Source: Eukaryota sp. TZLM1-RC (lineage: Eukaryota > Protista > Metamonada: BaSk clade). Taken from it: a DNA stretch of 64,000 nucleotides. Below, one piece after another: positions 1 to 14,111 of the stretch (its first letter is position 1; every line of letters begins with the position of its first letter). Below the pieces are notes generated by a model. It was not told where the DNA came from. It did no database searches and saw only the letters and a list, made by a program, of their open reading frames with translations. The translations under genes were made by a program, and so were the position numbers. The stretch spans positions 1,240,001 through 1,304,000 of the forward strand of contig JAUPSS010000002.1 in the NCBI GenBank assembly GCA_040285825.1, given 5' to 3'.

Positions 1-1912
1 AAAGGAATCCTATCCTTCAATGTCGGTAGCATTGCCAAAGTTGTGCATCTTACCAAATCGTTCCAGGCATAACATTTTAATTATAGGAATAGACATTCTA
101 TATGAACCGGGCCTCATGAACAACGACAGGGTATACATTCATCTCGACGAGCTTCACAGAACACTAATATTACCTGAATCTGAGTTTGACCACAGAATTT
201 TACAGATATCTGACCTCAAGGTGTCAAAAACATTCAAAGATCACGTCAACTCGTCAGGTTGTCAAATAAAGCTCAACAATCAATCAGAAAATCAACAGCT
301 CCTCGCAACTCTTGAAGAGTTCAAAGATGTTTTCACGTAGAAACTCCATGAAGACGGCATCGACTGTAACCCCATGGACATCGATTTTTACGATGAAGAC
401 ACTGTTGTTTATCGTCCACCTCGCAGGTTAAACCCTGAACGACTCAAAATCGTCAACCAAATCTTCGATGAGTTAATCGAATCTGGTTTCGCCACAGAAT
501 CCAACGGTAGATTCAGGTCCCCAGTCGTCCTTGTAGTTTATCCTGATCATCGGAAACCACGTCTTACAGGCGACTTCAGTGGTCCGAATGGAGTCAATGC
601 GAACACTATCCCTATCGCTCCAAACCTCCAAAGATCTCTGATGTATTAGAGTTCTAATTTCAAGCCAATTACATTGGAACACTTGATCTCCCAAAAGCAT
701 TTTGGCAACTCAAGATCAACGAAAGAGACATCGAGAAAACCACCCTCAGCATTCCTGGTCGCAGTATCAGCTTCAACAGGGCATGTTTCTGTCTCAAGAA
801 CGTCCCCGCAGTGTTTCAAAACGTAATGTCCAACATCTTGAGCATCGAAGGCGTGTTTATCTACATCGACGATATCATTATCATAGGTAATACCCTTCCC
901 CAATTGATCGACAGGCTCAAAGCCGTCCTCTTTCGCGCTAAAGAAAAACGGGTCAGCCTTGCCCTACCAAAAATGCCATTTCAAGTCTAAAGATCATGAA
1001 ATCAAGATTCTCGGTAGTATCTTCGTCAATGGTACACGCCAAATCGATCCCTCACGACTAACTGGATTGGTCGAGCTTCCAGCTCCCAAGACAGTGAAAG
1101 ACGTCAGAAGTTTTGTAGGATCCATCAACTACATTAGAGACTGGCTGCCTTCGGTATCCGAAATCATATCTCCTATCAACGAGCTTACTAGAGGAAACCC
1201 CCGCCGTATCGAGTGGACCTCAGATCATGAACGCCGTTTCAACAAGATCAAGCAACTCGTACAAGAGAATATGCCATTGAGTTTACCCCCAACAGATAAC
1301 CGTGTCCTTATTAGTTGTGACGCATCAGACATTGCTATTGGCGGCGTCATCTTGGAAGAATATGATCCTTGTGAACACAATGGCACTCCTCTCATTGACC
1401 GAAAGGTCAGACCTATCAGTTTCTTCAGCAGGATTCTCTCCAATTCCCAAAAGAATTGGTCAACGATGCAGAAAGAGCTTTAGGCTATACTTCTCATCCT
1501 AACAGAATCATGCATCGAGAGTTACCTCAAAAGCAGGAAGCTCACGATATTGACAGATCACAGAAACATCTCATATCTAGTAACAGCCCCTGATAAGAAT
1601 CGAATTGTCGCACGTTGTTTACCAATACTCAGTGAGTTCGACTTCGAGTTGGTACACACCTCGGGGGAAGACAAATACTGGGCAGACATGCTATCCAGAC
1701 AGGTCCCAACGACCGATCCTGTACGCATAAACACAATCAACACAGGCAACACTCGTTCATCAGCGAGCGAGACCACCTATGAACCGTTTCACCCAATCTA
1801 TTATATCAGAAACTATAATCCATCAGACGACTCTGCTCTTCCAGACCCAGACGACCTTCGGGATACTCACAAAATCCTCATTTTATAAGAGAAATGTGCA
1901 TCTGCAATCCCC

Positions 1913-3373
1913 ATGTTCGATCCTTGGTTGAGTAGAATCCGTTCAGAGCAAAGACAAGCTGTTGCAGCTCACGAACGTTCATTTAATAACTGTTCCGTCA
2001 ATCATCTTGACCTCTACGTTAACGAATCAGGCAAGATCATCATCCCGTCATCACTCATCAACGACACGCTCTTGATCATCCATGGTTATGTATCAGGCGG
2101 TCATCGTAGTATGTCTGAGAGTTTACGCAGGCTATCCTCTAGCGACTACTACTGGCCCCGTATGACTGATGATATGAAGAACCACGTGCGTTCTTGTCCA
2201 TCATGTCAGAAAACGGCACCTGTCCCCAAATCTATCACTCCTTCCACCAGATCTCTCTGGGCTGACAAACCCTTCGCGAGATTGAACGTGGATACCATTG
2301 GTTCTCTTCCTCCAGATCAAGAGGCCAATAAGTACATCTTAGTTTTCGTGGACAGTTTCACTCGGTATACAATCCTCGTACCCCTCAAAGAATTAAACGC
2401 AAGGCTGACAGCCGACGCTTTGATTTGGAGTGTGTGCGCAATCTTCGGTATACCTTACAGCATTCACAGTGACAACGGCCCAGAATTCGCCAACAAAGTG
2501 TTTAAATCACTGTGCGAATTCCTGTCTATCGATGTGACGAACAGTATTCCAAATTTCAGTCAATCATATGGCCTAATTGAACAACGTCATAGAGTTATTT
2601 TACAAAATCTTAGGAAGCTCCTAATCGATTTTAACGCCTATGACAACTGGTCAGAATACGTACCTTACGTACAACTCTTAACGAATTCGTCTAAGAGCTC
2701 TGTCACAGGTTTCAGTCCATTCGAGCTTATGTTTGGGTCAGACGTTAGTCCCAGAGCTGACCCTTTATCAATTTTCTCCACCATCGAAAAGGCTACCACT
2801 GAGGTTCCTTTCATTCTGGATATCCAATCTAAATTTAATCGATTGAAAGAAAAACGAGAAAAAGCAGAAATCACCCAAACATCGAAATCGCCGGAGGAGA
2901 AGCCAAGTACGAGTAACCTGCTATTCGAAGTTGGATGTTTAATCCTCAAATCATCTAGTACCTCCAAATTACATGGGAATTATCTGGGCCCATATCTGGT
3001 CATCGACAAACCTAGTAAATCAACTTTATTATTAAAGAATTTAATCACAGGTGTCGAATCTAAGGCTAGCATTTCACAATGCGAATTGTACCATTCTGAC
3101 AAACCCACTGATGATGAGTTTCATCGTATCGTGGCCTCAGGTGATACTGAGGAACATCTTCTATTAAAAGTTCTCAACCAGGATGGCAACGAGTGTCAAG
3201 TCGTATACGCTGGAGATGTACGAGGCACTGAGTCTGTCGACCGCATTAAGAACACCAAGGCCTACCAAGCCTTCCTCCAGACTAATAAGTCACGACCTCC
3301 TACTAGTCAACCTACTCGTAAACAACCTCGTAGAAGAGCTAGAAAAGACCGTCGAAAGGAGGGGAAAAAGTAG
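1913..3373 (+). pseudogene. Gypsy integrase domain, unit 1 (open segment of a disrupted pol)
   Basis: HHCC zinc finger, DDE core and GPY motif. Upstream pol is broken by TAG/TAA stops and frameshifts. Confidence 0.9.
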
Positions 3374-3562
3374 TGTTAGTCTTTACACTATTCTAGAGTG
3401 TAGATAGACTTATCTATTTATTCTCGTATATTAGCTTAATGTTTATTGTCCATTCATGGAGACTTCACTAGTTATGGTATTGAAGTTCATTATAGCTCAT
3501 TGCCCGTCGTAATAAAGTACTCTCTCTCCATACATATGTCTAACCCTAGCCCACAGGCTTCA
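3374..3562 (+). repeat. LTR (family A), 189 bp
   Basis: Starts TGTTAG right after the polypurine tract (AAGGAGGGGAAAAAGTAG) and ends GGCTTCA. Repeated at 8215 and 13055. Confidence 0.92.
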
Positions 3563-6500
3563 ATAATTATTGGCCGTTCATCAGCTAACGAACAACAGGC
3601 TTCTCTGAATGCTGCCTCACCTTTGGGTGAAACCAACCTCGGCCGTAGGGATTCCGCCTCCCATCTCGCCAACAATCCTCAGGATTCAGAGGGGGACCCT
3701 CTCACTCCTGCCAAGGATTCTTTTTCTCCTGAAGAAGCCAACGCAGACACCTCGAAAGGGGAGTCTACCTCTACGGCTTCCAAGGAGTCGACAGATACTA
3801 CTGGTCAGGTTCGTCTCTCCTCTACTTCTCCCAAGGTATCTACTCCTACTAAATCCAAGTGGCAGTATACCATGGAGAAATTCCGTAAGGATTTGGAACT
3901 ATGGAACTTCCTGGATCTACACGCCTTGAAGGTAGAGCTTGCTACTCGTGTCCCTAAGGACCACTTCGAGCAGTTCATGATTCAGATGTTTTTAAACGAG
4001 TCCCTTTCTCGGATTCCGTCGGTTGAAGAAGATGGAGACAACTTTAAATTCTTGCTGATGCCCCAACCCTATGATCCACCGAGACTCATCCAGATTTGGA
4101 TTGTCTCATGGATTTCTATCCATTCCGTATGGATAGAGAATCAGCAGTCGAACCTAATCCAGGCCAAGTTTTCGCCGCTCGTAGTGCTTACGGTCAGGAG
4201 CTCTCGAGAGTATGGAACTCGTTGGAAAGCCATTCTACTCTCAGAAGCCTCCCAGCTAATCCCGAAACCACTGTCATACCTTCTCGTCAAGAGAAAGTAG
4301 CTGTTCATGGTGAGGATGAAGACGGTAACCCATGCGTTTTCTGGGTACCCAGGAGTCAAGTTTTATCTCCTGATCCCTCCATCCCCAAACTCCTCTCTGG
4401 AGATTTGTCCGTTTCGGATCTCGACACTTCTCCTCCCATCCTTCTCCCATCTAACGCGGTGGATTTCGACTCTCTTAGCATGCCTAAAACAACATCCGAG
4501 TCCACCACCAAAATCAGGGACAGCCCCTCTCACTGTTTCCCTACAATCACTCGAAATCCCTCCAAACGCCTCTTAAATCCTTTGAACACATCTGACCCTG
4601 AATCTTCGAGTATCAATAGAATTTTTAGTTTGTCTTCTGTTTGTGCCAATAAATCTGTTAATTGTCCCAAGTTTTGGTTGCAGATCAATAACATAGTGGT
4701 ATCTGGTCTTATTGATAGTGGAGCATCCATATCTGTCATCTCAAGAGACCTATCCACAAAATGCAAGATGGAACACTACTCTGAATCTGTCAAATTTATT
4801 GGTGTTATCGGAGAACCATCAAACTCTGACATAAATGCCAAAGGAATCCTATCCTTCAATGTCGGTAGCATTGCCAAAGTTGTGCATCTTACCAAATCGT
4901 TCCAGGCAACAACATTTTAATTATAGGAATAGACATTCTATATGAACCGGGCCTCATGAACAACGACAGGGTATACATTCATCTCGACGAGCTTCACAGA
5001 ACACTAATATTACCTGAATCTGAGTTTGACCACAGAATTTCACAGACATCTGATTTTAAGGTGTCAAAAACATTCAAAGATCACGTCAACTCGTCAGGTT
5101 GTCAAATAAAGCTCAACAATCAATCAGAAAATCAACAGCTCCTCGCAACTCTCGAAGAGTTCAAAGATGTTTTCACGTAGAAACTCCATGAAGACGGCAT
5201 CGACTGTAACCCCATGGACATCGATTTTTACGATGAAGACACTGTTGTTTATCGTCCACCTCGCAGGTTAAACCCTGAACGACTCAAAATCGTCAACCAA
5301 ATCTTCGATGAGTTAATCGAATCTGGTTTCGCCACAGAATCCAACGGTAGATTCAGGTCCCCAGTCGTCCTTGTAGTTTATCCTGATCATCGGAAACCAC
5401 GTCTTACAGGCGACTTCAGTGGTCCGAATGGAGTCAATGCGAACACTATCCCTATCGCTCCAAACCTCCAAAGATCTCTGATGTATTAGAGTTCTAATTT
5501 CAAGCCAATTACATTGGAACACTTGATCTCCCAAAAGCATTTTGGCAACTCAAGATCAACGAAAGAGACATCGAGAAAAACCACCCTCAGCATTCCTGGT
5601 CGCAGTATCAGCTTCAACAGGGCATGTTTCTGTCTCAAGAACGTCCCCCGCAGTGTTTCAAAACGTAATGTCCAACATCTTGAGCATCGAAGGCGTGTTT
5701 ATCTACATCGACGATATCATTATCATAGGTAATACCCTTCCCCAATTGATCGACAGGCTCAAAGCCGTCCTCTTTCGCGCTAAAGAAAAACGGGTCAGCC
5801 TTGCCCTACCAAAATGCCATTTCAAGTCTAAAGATCATGAAATCAAGATTCTCGGTAGTATCTTCGTCAATGGTACACGCCAAATCGATCCCTCACGACT
5901 AACTGGATTGGTCGAGCTTCCAGCTCCCAAGACAGTGAAAGACGTCAGAAGTTTTGTAGGATCCATCAACTACATTAGAGACTGGCTGCCTTCGGTATCC
6001 GAAATCATATCTCCTATCAACGAGCTTACTAGAGGAAACCCCCGCCGTATCGAGTGGACCTCAGATCATGAACGCCGTTTCAACAAGATCAAGCAACTCG
6101 TACAAGAGAATATGCCATTGAGTTTACCCCCAACAGATAACCGTGTCCTTATTAGTTGTGACGCATCAGACATTGCTATTGGCGGCGTCATCTTGGAAGA
6201 ATATGATCCTTGTGAACACAATGGCACTCCTCTCATTGACCGAAAGGTCAGACCTATCAGTTTCTTCAGCAGGATTCTCTCCAATTCCCAAAAGAATTGG
6301 TCAACGATGCAGAAAGAGCTTTAGGCTATACTTCTCATCCTAACAGAATCATGCATCGAGAGTTACCTCAAAAGCAGGAAGCTCACGATATTGACAGATC
6401 ACAGAAACATCTCATATCTAGTAACAGCCCCTGATAAGAATCGAATTGTCGCACGTTGTTTACCAATACTCAGTGAGTTCGACTTCGAGTTGGTACACAC

Positions 6501-6753
6501 CTCGGGGGAAGACAAATACTGGGCAGACATGCTATCCAGACAGGTCCCAACGACCGATCCTGTACGCATAAACACAATCAACACAGGCAACACTCGTTCA
6601 TCAGCGAGCGAGACCACCTATGAACCGTTTCACCCAATCTATTATATCAGAAACTATAATCCATCAGACGACTCTGCTCTTCCAGACCCAGACGACCTTC
6701 GGGATACTCACAAAATCCTCATTTTATAAGAGAAATGTGCATCTGCAATCCCC

Positions 6754-8214
6754 ATGTTCGATCCTTGGTTGAGTAGAATCCGTTCAGAGCAAAGACAAGC
6801 TGTTGCAGCTCACGAACGTTCATTTAATAACTGTTCCGTCAATCATCTTGACCTCTACGTTAACGAATCAGGCAAGATCATCATCCCGTCATCACTCATC
6901 AACGACACGCTCTTGATCATCCATGGTTATGTATCAGGCGGTCATCGTAGTATGTCTGAGAGTTTACGCAGGCTATCCTCTAGCGACTACTACTGGCCCC
7001 GTATGACTGATGATATGAAGAACCACGTGCGTTCTTGTCCATCATGTCAGAAAACGGCACCTGTCCCCAAATCTATCACTCCTTCCACCAGATCTCTCTG
7101 GGCTGACAAACCCTTCGCGAGATTGAACGTGGATACCATTGGTTCTCTTCCTCCAGATCAAGAGGCCAATAAGTACATCTTAGTTTTCGTGGACAGTTTC
7201 ACTCGGTATACAATCCTCGTACCCCTCAAAGAATTAAACGCAAGGCTGACAGCCGACGCTTTGATTTGGAGTGTGTGCGCAATCTTCGGTATACCTTACA
7301 GCATTCACAGTGACAACGGCCCAGAATTCGCCAACAAAGTGTTTAAATCACTGTGCGAATTCCTGTCTATCGATGTGACGAACAGTATTCCAAATTTCAG
7401 TCAATCATATGGCCTAATTGAACAACGTCATAGAGTTATTTTACAAAATCTTAGGAAGCTCCTAATCGATTTTAACGCCTATGACAACTGGTCAGAATAC
7501 GTACCTTACGTACAACTCTTAACGAATTCGTCTAAGAGCTCTGTCACAGGTTTCAGTCCATTCGAGCTTATGTTTGGGTCAGACGTTAGTCCCAGAGCTG
7601 ACCCTTTATCAATTTTCTCCACCATCGAAAAGGCTACCACTGAGGTTCCTTTCATTCTGGATATCCAATCTAAATTTAATCGATTGAAAGAAAAACGAGA
7701 AAAAGCAGAAATCACCCAAACATCGAAATCGCCGGAGGAGAAGCCAAGTACGAGTAACCTGCTATTCGAAGTTGGATGTTTAATCCTCAAATCATCTAGT
7801 ACCTCCAAATTACATGGGAATTATCTGGGCCCATATCTGGTCATCGACAAACCTAGTAAATCAACTTTATTATTAAAGAATTTAATCACAGGTGTCGAAT
7901 CTAAGGCTAGCATTTCACAATGCGAATTGTACCATTCTGACAAACCCACTGATGATGAGTTTCATCGTATCGTGGCCTCAGGTGATACTGAGGAACATCT
8001 TCTATTAAAAGTTCTCAACCAGGATGGCAACGAGTGTCAAGTCGTATACGCTGGAGATGTACGAGGCACTGGGTCTGTCGACCGCATTAAGAACACCAAG
8101 GCCTACCAAGCCTTCCTCCAGACTAATAAGTCACGACCTCCTACTAGTCAACCTACTCGTAAACAACCTCGTAGAAGAGCTAGAAAAGACCGTCGAAAGG
8201 AGGGGAAAAAGTAG
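6754..8214 (+). pseudogene. Gypsy integrase domain, unit 2
   Basis: Near-identical to 1913-3373. Confidence 0.9.
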
Positions 8215-8403
8215 TGTTAGTCTTTACACTATTCTAGAGTGTAGATAGACTTATCTATTTATTCTCGTATATTAGCTTAATGTTTATTGTCCATTCATGG
8301 AGACTTCACTAGTTATGGTATTGAAGTTCATTATAGCTCATTGCCCGTCGTAATAAAGTACTCTCTCTCCATACATATGTCTAACCCTAGCCCACAGGCT
8401 TCA
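8215..8403 (+). repeat. LTR (family A), 189 bp
   Basis: Copy of 3374-3562. Confidence 0.92.
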
Positions 8404-11400
8404 ATAATTATTGGCCGTTCATCAGCTAACGAACAACAGGCTTCTCTGAATGCTGCCTCGCCTTTGGGTGAAACCAACCTCGGCCGTAGGGATTCCGCCT
8501 CCCATCTCGCCAACAATCCTCAGGATTCAGAGGGGGACCCTCTCACTCCTGCCAAGGATTCTTTTTCTCCTGAAGAAGCCAACGCAGACACCTCGAAAGG
8601 GGAGTCTACCTCTACGGCTTCCAAGGAGTCGACAGATACTACTGGTCAGGTTCGTCTCTCCTCTACTTCTCCCAAGGTATCTACTCCTACTAAATCCAAG
8701 TGGCAGTATACCATGGAGAAATTCCGTAAGGATTTGGAACTATGGAACTTCCTGGATCTACACGCCTTGAAGGTAGAGCTTGCTACTCGTGTCCCTAAGG
8801 ACCACTTCGAGCAGTTCATGATTCAGATGTTTTTAAACGAGTCCCTTTCTCGGATTCCGTCGGTTGAAGAAGATGGAGACAACTTTAAATTCTTGCTGAT
8901 GCCCCAACCCTATGATCCACCGAGACTCATCCAGATTTGGATTGTCTCATGGATTTCTATCCATTCCGTATGGATAGAGAATCAGCAGTCGAACCTAATC
9001 CAGGCCAAGTTTTCGCCGCTCGTAGTGCTTACGGTCAGGAGCTCTCGAGAGTATGGAACTCGTTGGAAAGCCATTCTACTCTCAGAAGCCTCCCAGCTAA
9101 TCCCGAAACCACTGTCATACCTTCTCGTCAAGAGAAAGCAGCTGTTCATGGTGAGGATGAAGACGGTAACCCATGCGTTTTCTGGGTACCCAGGAGTCAA
9201 GTTTTCTCTCCTGATCCCTCCATCCCCAAACTCCTCTCTGGAGATTTGTCCGTTTCGGATCTCGACACTTCTCCTCCCATCCTTCTCCCATCTAACGCGG
9301 TGGATTTCGACTCTCTTAGCATGCCTAAAACAACATCCGAGTCCACCACCAAAATCAGGGACAGCCCCTCTCACTGTTTCCCTACAATCACTCGAAATCC
9401 CTCCAAACGCCTCTTAAATCCTTTGAACACATCTGACCCTGAATCTTCGAGTATCAATAGAATTTTTAGTTTGTCTTCTGTTTGTGCCAATAAATCTGTT
9501 AATTGTCCCAAGTTTTGGTTGCAGATTAATAACATAGGGGTATCTGGTCTTATTGATAGTGGAGCATCCATATCTGTCATCTCACGAGACCTATCCACAA
9601 AATGCAAGATGGAACACTACTCTGAATCTGTCAAATTTATTGGTGTTATCGGAGAACCATCAAACTCTGACATCAATGCCAAAGGAATCCTATCCTTCAA
9701 TGTCGGTAGCATTGCCAAAGTTGTGCATCTTACCAAATCGTTCCAGGCAACAACATTTTAATTATAGGAATAGACATTCTATATGAACCGGGCCTCATGA
9801 ACAACGACAGGGTATACATTCATCTCGACGAGCTTCACAGAACACTAATATTACCTGAATCTGAGTTTGACCACAGAATTTCACAGACATCTGATTTTAA
9901 GGTGTCAAAAACATTCAAAGATCACGTCAACTCGTCAGGTTGTCAAATAAAGCTCAACAATCAATCAGAAAATCAACAGCTCCTCGCAACTCTCGAAGAG
10001 TTCAAAGATGTTTTCACGTAGAAACTCCATGAAGACGGCATCGACTGTAACCCCATGGACATCGATTTTTACGATGAAGACACTGTTGTTTATCGTCCAC
10101 CTCGCAGGTTAAACCCTGAACGACTCAAAATCGTCAACCAAATCTTCGATGAGTTAATCGAATCTGGTTTCGCCACAGAATCCAACGGTAGATTCAGGTC
10201 CCCAGTCGTCCTTGTAGTTTATCCTGATCATCGGAAACCACGTCTTACAGGCGACTTCAGTGGTCCGAATGGAGTCAATGCGAACACTATCCCTATCGCT
10301 CCAAACCTCCAAAGATCTCTGATGTATTAGAGTTCTAATTTCAAGCCAATTACATTGGAACACTTGATCTCCCAAAAGCATTTTGGCAACTCAAGATCAA
10401 CGAAAGAGACATCGAGAAAACCACCCTCAGCATTCCTGGTCGCAGTATCAGCTTCAACAGGGCATGTTTCTGTCTCAAGAACGTCCCCCGCAGTGTTTCA
10501 AAACGTAATGTCCAACATCTTGAGCATCGAAGGCGTGTTTATCTACATCGACGATATCATTATCATAGGTAATACCCTTCCCCAATTGATCGACAGGCTC
10601 AAAGCCGTCCTCTTTCGCGCTAAAGAAAAACGGGTCAGCCTTGCCCTACCAAAATGCCATTTCAAGTCTAAAGATCATGAAATCAAGATTCTCGGTAGTA
10701 TCTTCGTCAATGGTACACGCCAAATCGATCCCTCACGACTAACTGGATTGGTCGAGCTTCCAGCTCCCAAGACAGTGAAAGACGTCAGAAGTTTTGTAGG
10801 ATCCATCAACTACATTAGAGACTGGCTGCCTTCGGTATCCGAAATCATATCTCCTATCAACGAGCTTACTAGAGGAAACCCCCGCCGTATCGAGTGGACC
10901 TCAGATCATGAACGCCGTTTCAACAAGATCAAGCAACTCGTACAAGAGAATATGCCATTGAGTTTACCCCCAACAGATAACCGTGTCCTTATTAGTTGTG
11001 ACGCATCAGACATTGCTATTGGCGGCGTCATCTTGGAAGAATATGATCCTTGTGAACACAATGGCACTCCTCTCATTGACCGAAAGGTCCGACCTATCAG
11101 TTTCTTCAGCAGGATTCTCTCCAATTCCCAAAAGAATTGGTCAACGATGCAGAAAGAGCTTTAGGCTATACTTCTCATCCTAACAGAATCATGCATCGAG
11201 AGTTACCTCAAAAGCAGGAAGCTCACGATATTGACAGATCACAGAAACATCTCATATCTAGTAACAGCCCCTGATAAGAATCGAATTGTCGCACGTTGTT
11301 TACCAATACTCAGTGAGTTCGACTTCGAGTTGGTACATACCTCGGGGAAAGACAACTACTGGGCAGACATGCTATCCAGACAGGCCCTAACGACCGATCC

Positions 11401-11593
11401 TGTACGCATAAACACAATCAACACAGGCAACAATCATTCAGCAGCGAGCGAAATCACCCATGAACCGTTTCACCCAATCTATTATATCAGAAACTATAAT
11501 CCATCAGACGACTCTGCTCTTCCAGACCCAGACGACCTTCGGGATACTCACAAAATCCTCATTTTATAAGAGAAATGTGCATCTGCAATCCCC

Positions 11594-13054
11594 ATGTTCG
11601 ATCCTTGGTTGAGTAGAATCCGTTCAGAGCAAAGACAAGCTGTTACAGCTCACGAACGTTCATTTAATAACTGTTCCGTCAATCATCTTGACCTCTACGT
11701 TAACGAATCAGGCAAGATCATCATCCCGTCATCACTCATCAACGACACGCTCTTGATCATCCATGGTTATGTATCAGGCGGTCATCCTAGTATGTCTGAG
11801 AGTTTACGCAGGCTATCCTCTAGCGACTACTACTGGCCCCGTATGACTGATGATATGAAGAACCACGTGCGTTCTTGTCCATCATGTCAGAAAACGGCAC
11901 CTGTCCCCAAATCTATCACTCCTTCCACCAGATCTCTCTGGGCTGACAAACCCTTCGCGAGATTGAACGTGGATACCATTGGTTCTCTTCCTCCAGATCA
12001 AGAGGCCAATAAGTACATCTTAGTTTTCGTGGACAGTTTCACTCGGTATACAATCCTCGTACCCCTCAAAGAATTAAACGCAAGGCTGACAGCCGACGCT
12101 TTGATTTGGAGTGTGTGCGCAATCTTCGGTATACCTTACAGCATTCACAGTGACAACGGCCCAGAATTCGCCAACAAAGTGTTTAAATCACTGTGCGAAT
12201 TCCTGTCTATCGATGTGACGAACAGTATTCCAAATTTCAGTCAATCATATGGCCTAGTTGAACAACGTCATAGAGTTATTTTACAAAATCTTAGGAAGCT
12301 CCTAATCGATTTTAACGCCTATGACAACTGGTCAGAATACGTACCTTACGTACAACTCTTAACGAATTCGTCTAAGAGCTCTGTCACAGGTTTCAGTCCA
12401 TTCGAGCTTATGTTTGGGTCAGACGTTAGTCCCAGAGCTGACCCTTTATCAATTTTCTCCACCATCGAAAAGGCTACCACTGAGGTTCCTTTCATTCTGG
12501 ATATCCAATCTAAATTTAATCGATTGAAAGAAAAACGAGAAAAAGCAGAAATCACCCAAACATCGAAATCGCCGGAGGAGAAGCCAAGTACGAGTAACCT
12601 GCTATTCGAAGTTGGATGTTTAATCCTCAAATCATCTAGTACCTCCAAATTACATGGGAATTATCTGGGCCCATATCTGGTCATCGACAAACCTAGTAAA
12701 TTAACTTTATTATTAAAGAATTTAATCACAGGTGTCGAATCTAAGGCTAGCATTTCACAATGCGAATTGTACCATTCTGACAAACCCACTGATGATGAGT
12801 TTCATCGTATCGTGGCCTCAGGTGATACTGAGGAACATCTTCTATTAGAAGTTCTCAACCAGGATGGCAACGAGTGTCAAGTCGTATACGCTGGAGATGT
12901 ACGAGGCACTGAGTCTGTCGACCGCATTAAGAACACCAAGGCCTACCAAGCCTTCCTCCAGACTAATAAGTCACGACCTCCTACTAGTCAACCTACTCGT
13001 AAACAACCTCGTAGAAGAGCTAGAAATGACCGTCGAAAGGAGGGGAAAAAGTAG
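11594..13054 (+). pseudogene. Gypsy integrase domain, unit 3
   Basis: Near-identical to 1913-3373. Confidence 0.9.
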
Positions 13055-13243
13055 TGTTAGTCTTTACACTATTCTAGAGTGTAGATAGACTTATCTATTT
13101 ATTCTCGTATATTAGCTTAATGTTTATTGTCCATTCATGGAGACTTCACTAGTTATGGTATTGAAGTTCATTATAGCTCATTGCCCGTCGTAATAAAGTA
13201 CTCTCTCTCCATTCATATGTCTAACCCTAGCCCACAGGCTTCA
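13055..13243 (+). repeat. Terminal 3' LTR of the tandem array, 189 bp
   Basis: Similarity to the internal LTRs stops exactly after GGCTTCA (13243), which defines the LTR end. Confidence 0.92.
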
Positions 13244-13409
13244 TTTCAATATCATTTTCAATGAGATCGTGGTTATTCTTGAATTTTGCAGATTTCTTTC
13301 TACTGTTGTGAACTGATGCACCATATAAAACTGTTCAAATACTGCAGTTGAAAAATTAATTGATGCATTTTTCTTTTGGTCATAACAATATATGGCATAT
13401 ATTCATAAG

Positions 13410-13792
13410 TTGTGTTGTCAAAGACGTAAAAGACGCTCAACGTCTCCGTCTTCCGTCTCCATGCAAAGACTCTTTTTCAAACGTCTTCAGACGTAGTTAA
13501 GACGTTCAGAAGTCGCTGTGGAGACGTGGCGGTTGATGGTCTTTTGACTGTTTTGTGTCTATCTCAAACATACAACACCAAGACAAATATAAAACTGAGA
13601 CTTTATAAAGAACTAATTCCAATCAATATCTACCAAATCTGTTAGAAAATTGTGAACACTGCATCCAAGAGAAAATGGTTTGGGAAATGAAATGATGCGA
13701 AGACCAAAATCCACGTCTCCACAACGTCTCCAAGGAGACGTAGTGTCTTTTTAGAAATAGACGTGGCCAAAGTAACGTTTTTGACAACACTA
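13410..13792. mobile_element. hAT-like MITE (non-autonomous DNA transposon)
   Basis: Imperfect 18-bp TIRs T(T/A)GTGTTGTCAAA(G/A)ACGT. 8-bp flanks TTCATAAG and TTCACAAC match at 6/8 (degraded TSD). Many subterminal GACGT/ACGTC motifs. Confidence 0.75.
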
Positions 13793-14111
13793 TTCACAAC
13801 TATTAGTTTTTCTAATAGGGGACCCCTTGACGAACTATCCATTCAAGGGTGAAGTAATTAGCAGTTCCAAAAGCTATAGCTTATAATAATATTGCTGTTT
13901 ATTGCCCTAACATGTTGTATACCACTAGTAACTCATCTTCAACAATTTGCTCCTCTTCAACTTCTAAACAAGAAGAACATTTGACAGCTTAAGTTAGATC
14001 AACTTGACCTGCACTTTCAGTGTACTATAATACCGGTCTCCAAAAATCACATGCAGGTGATCAAAATGAAATAAACAGGCCATAAAGCAAAGTTTCAATA
14101 AAATAGGTAAA

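Larger units (their letters stand above)
1..13243 (+). mobile_element. Tandem array (~2.7 units visible, period 4840-4841 bp) of an internally deleted Ty3/Gypsy LTR retrotransposon (family A), with single shared LTRs
   Basis: Near-identical repeats offset by 4840/4841 bp. Domain order is protease (LIDSGAS), RT (YIDD), RNase H (CDASD), integrase (GH..CPSC, VDT, SDNG, GLxE, YLGPY). One 189-bp TG..CA LTR lies between units. About 1.5 kb of gag is missing relative to the copy at 19424-25970. Multiple stops and frameshifts. Confidence 0.95.
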
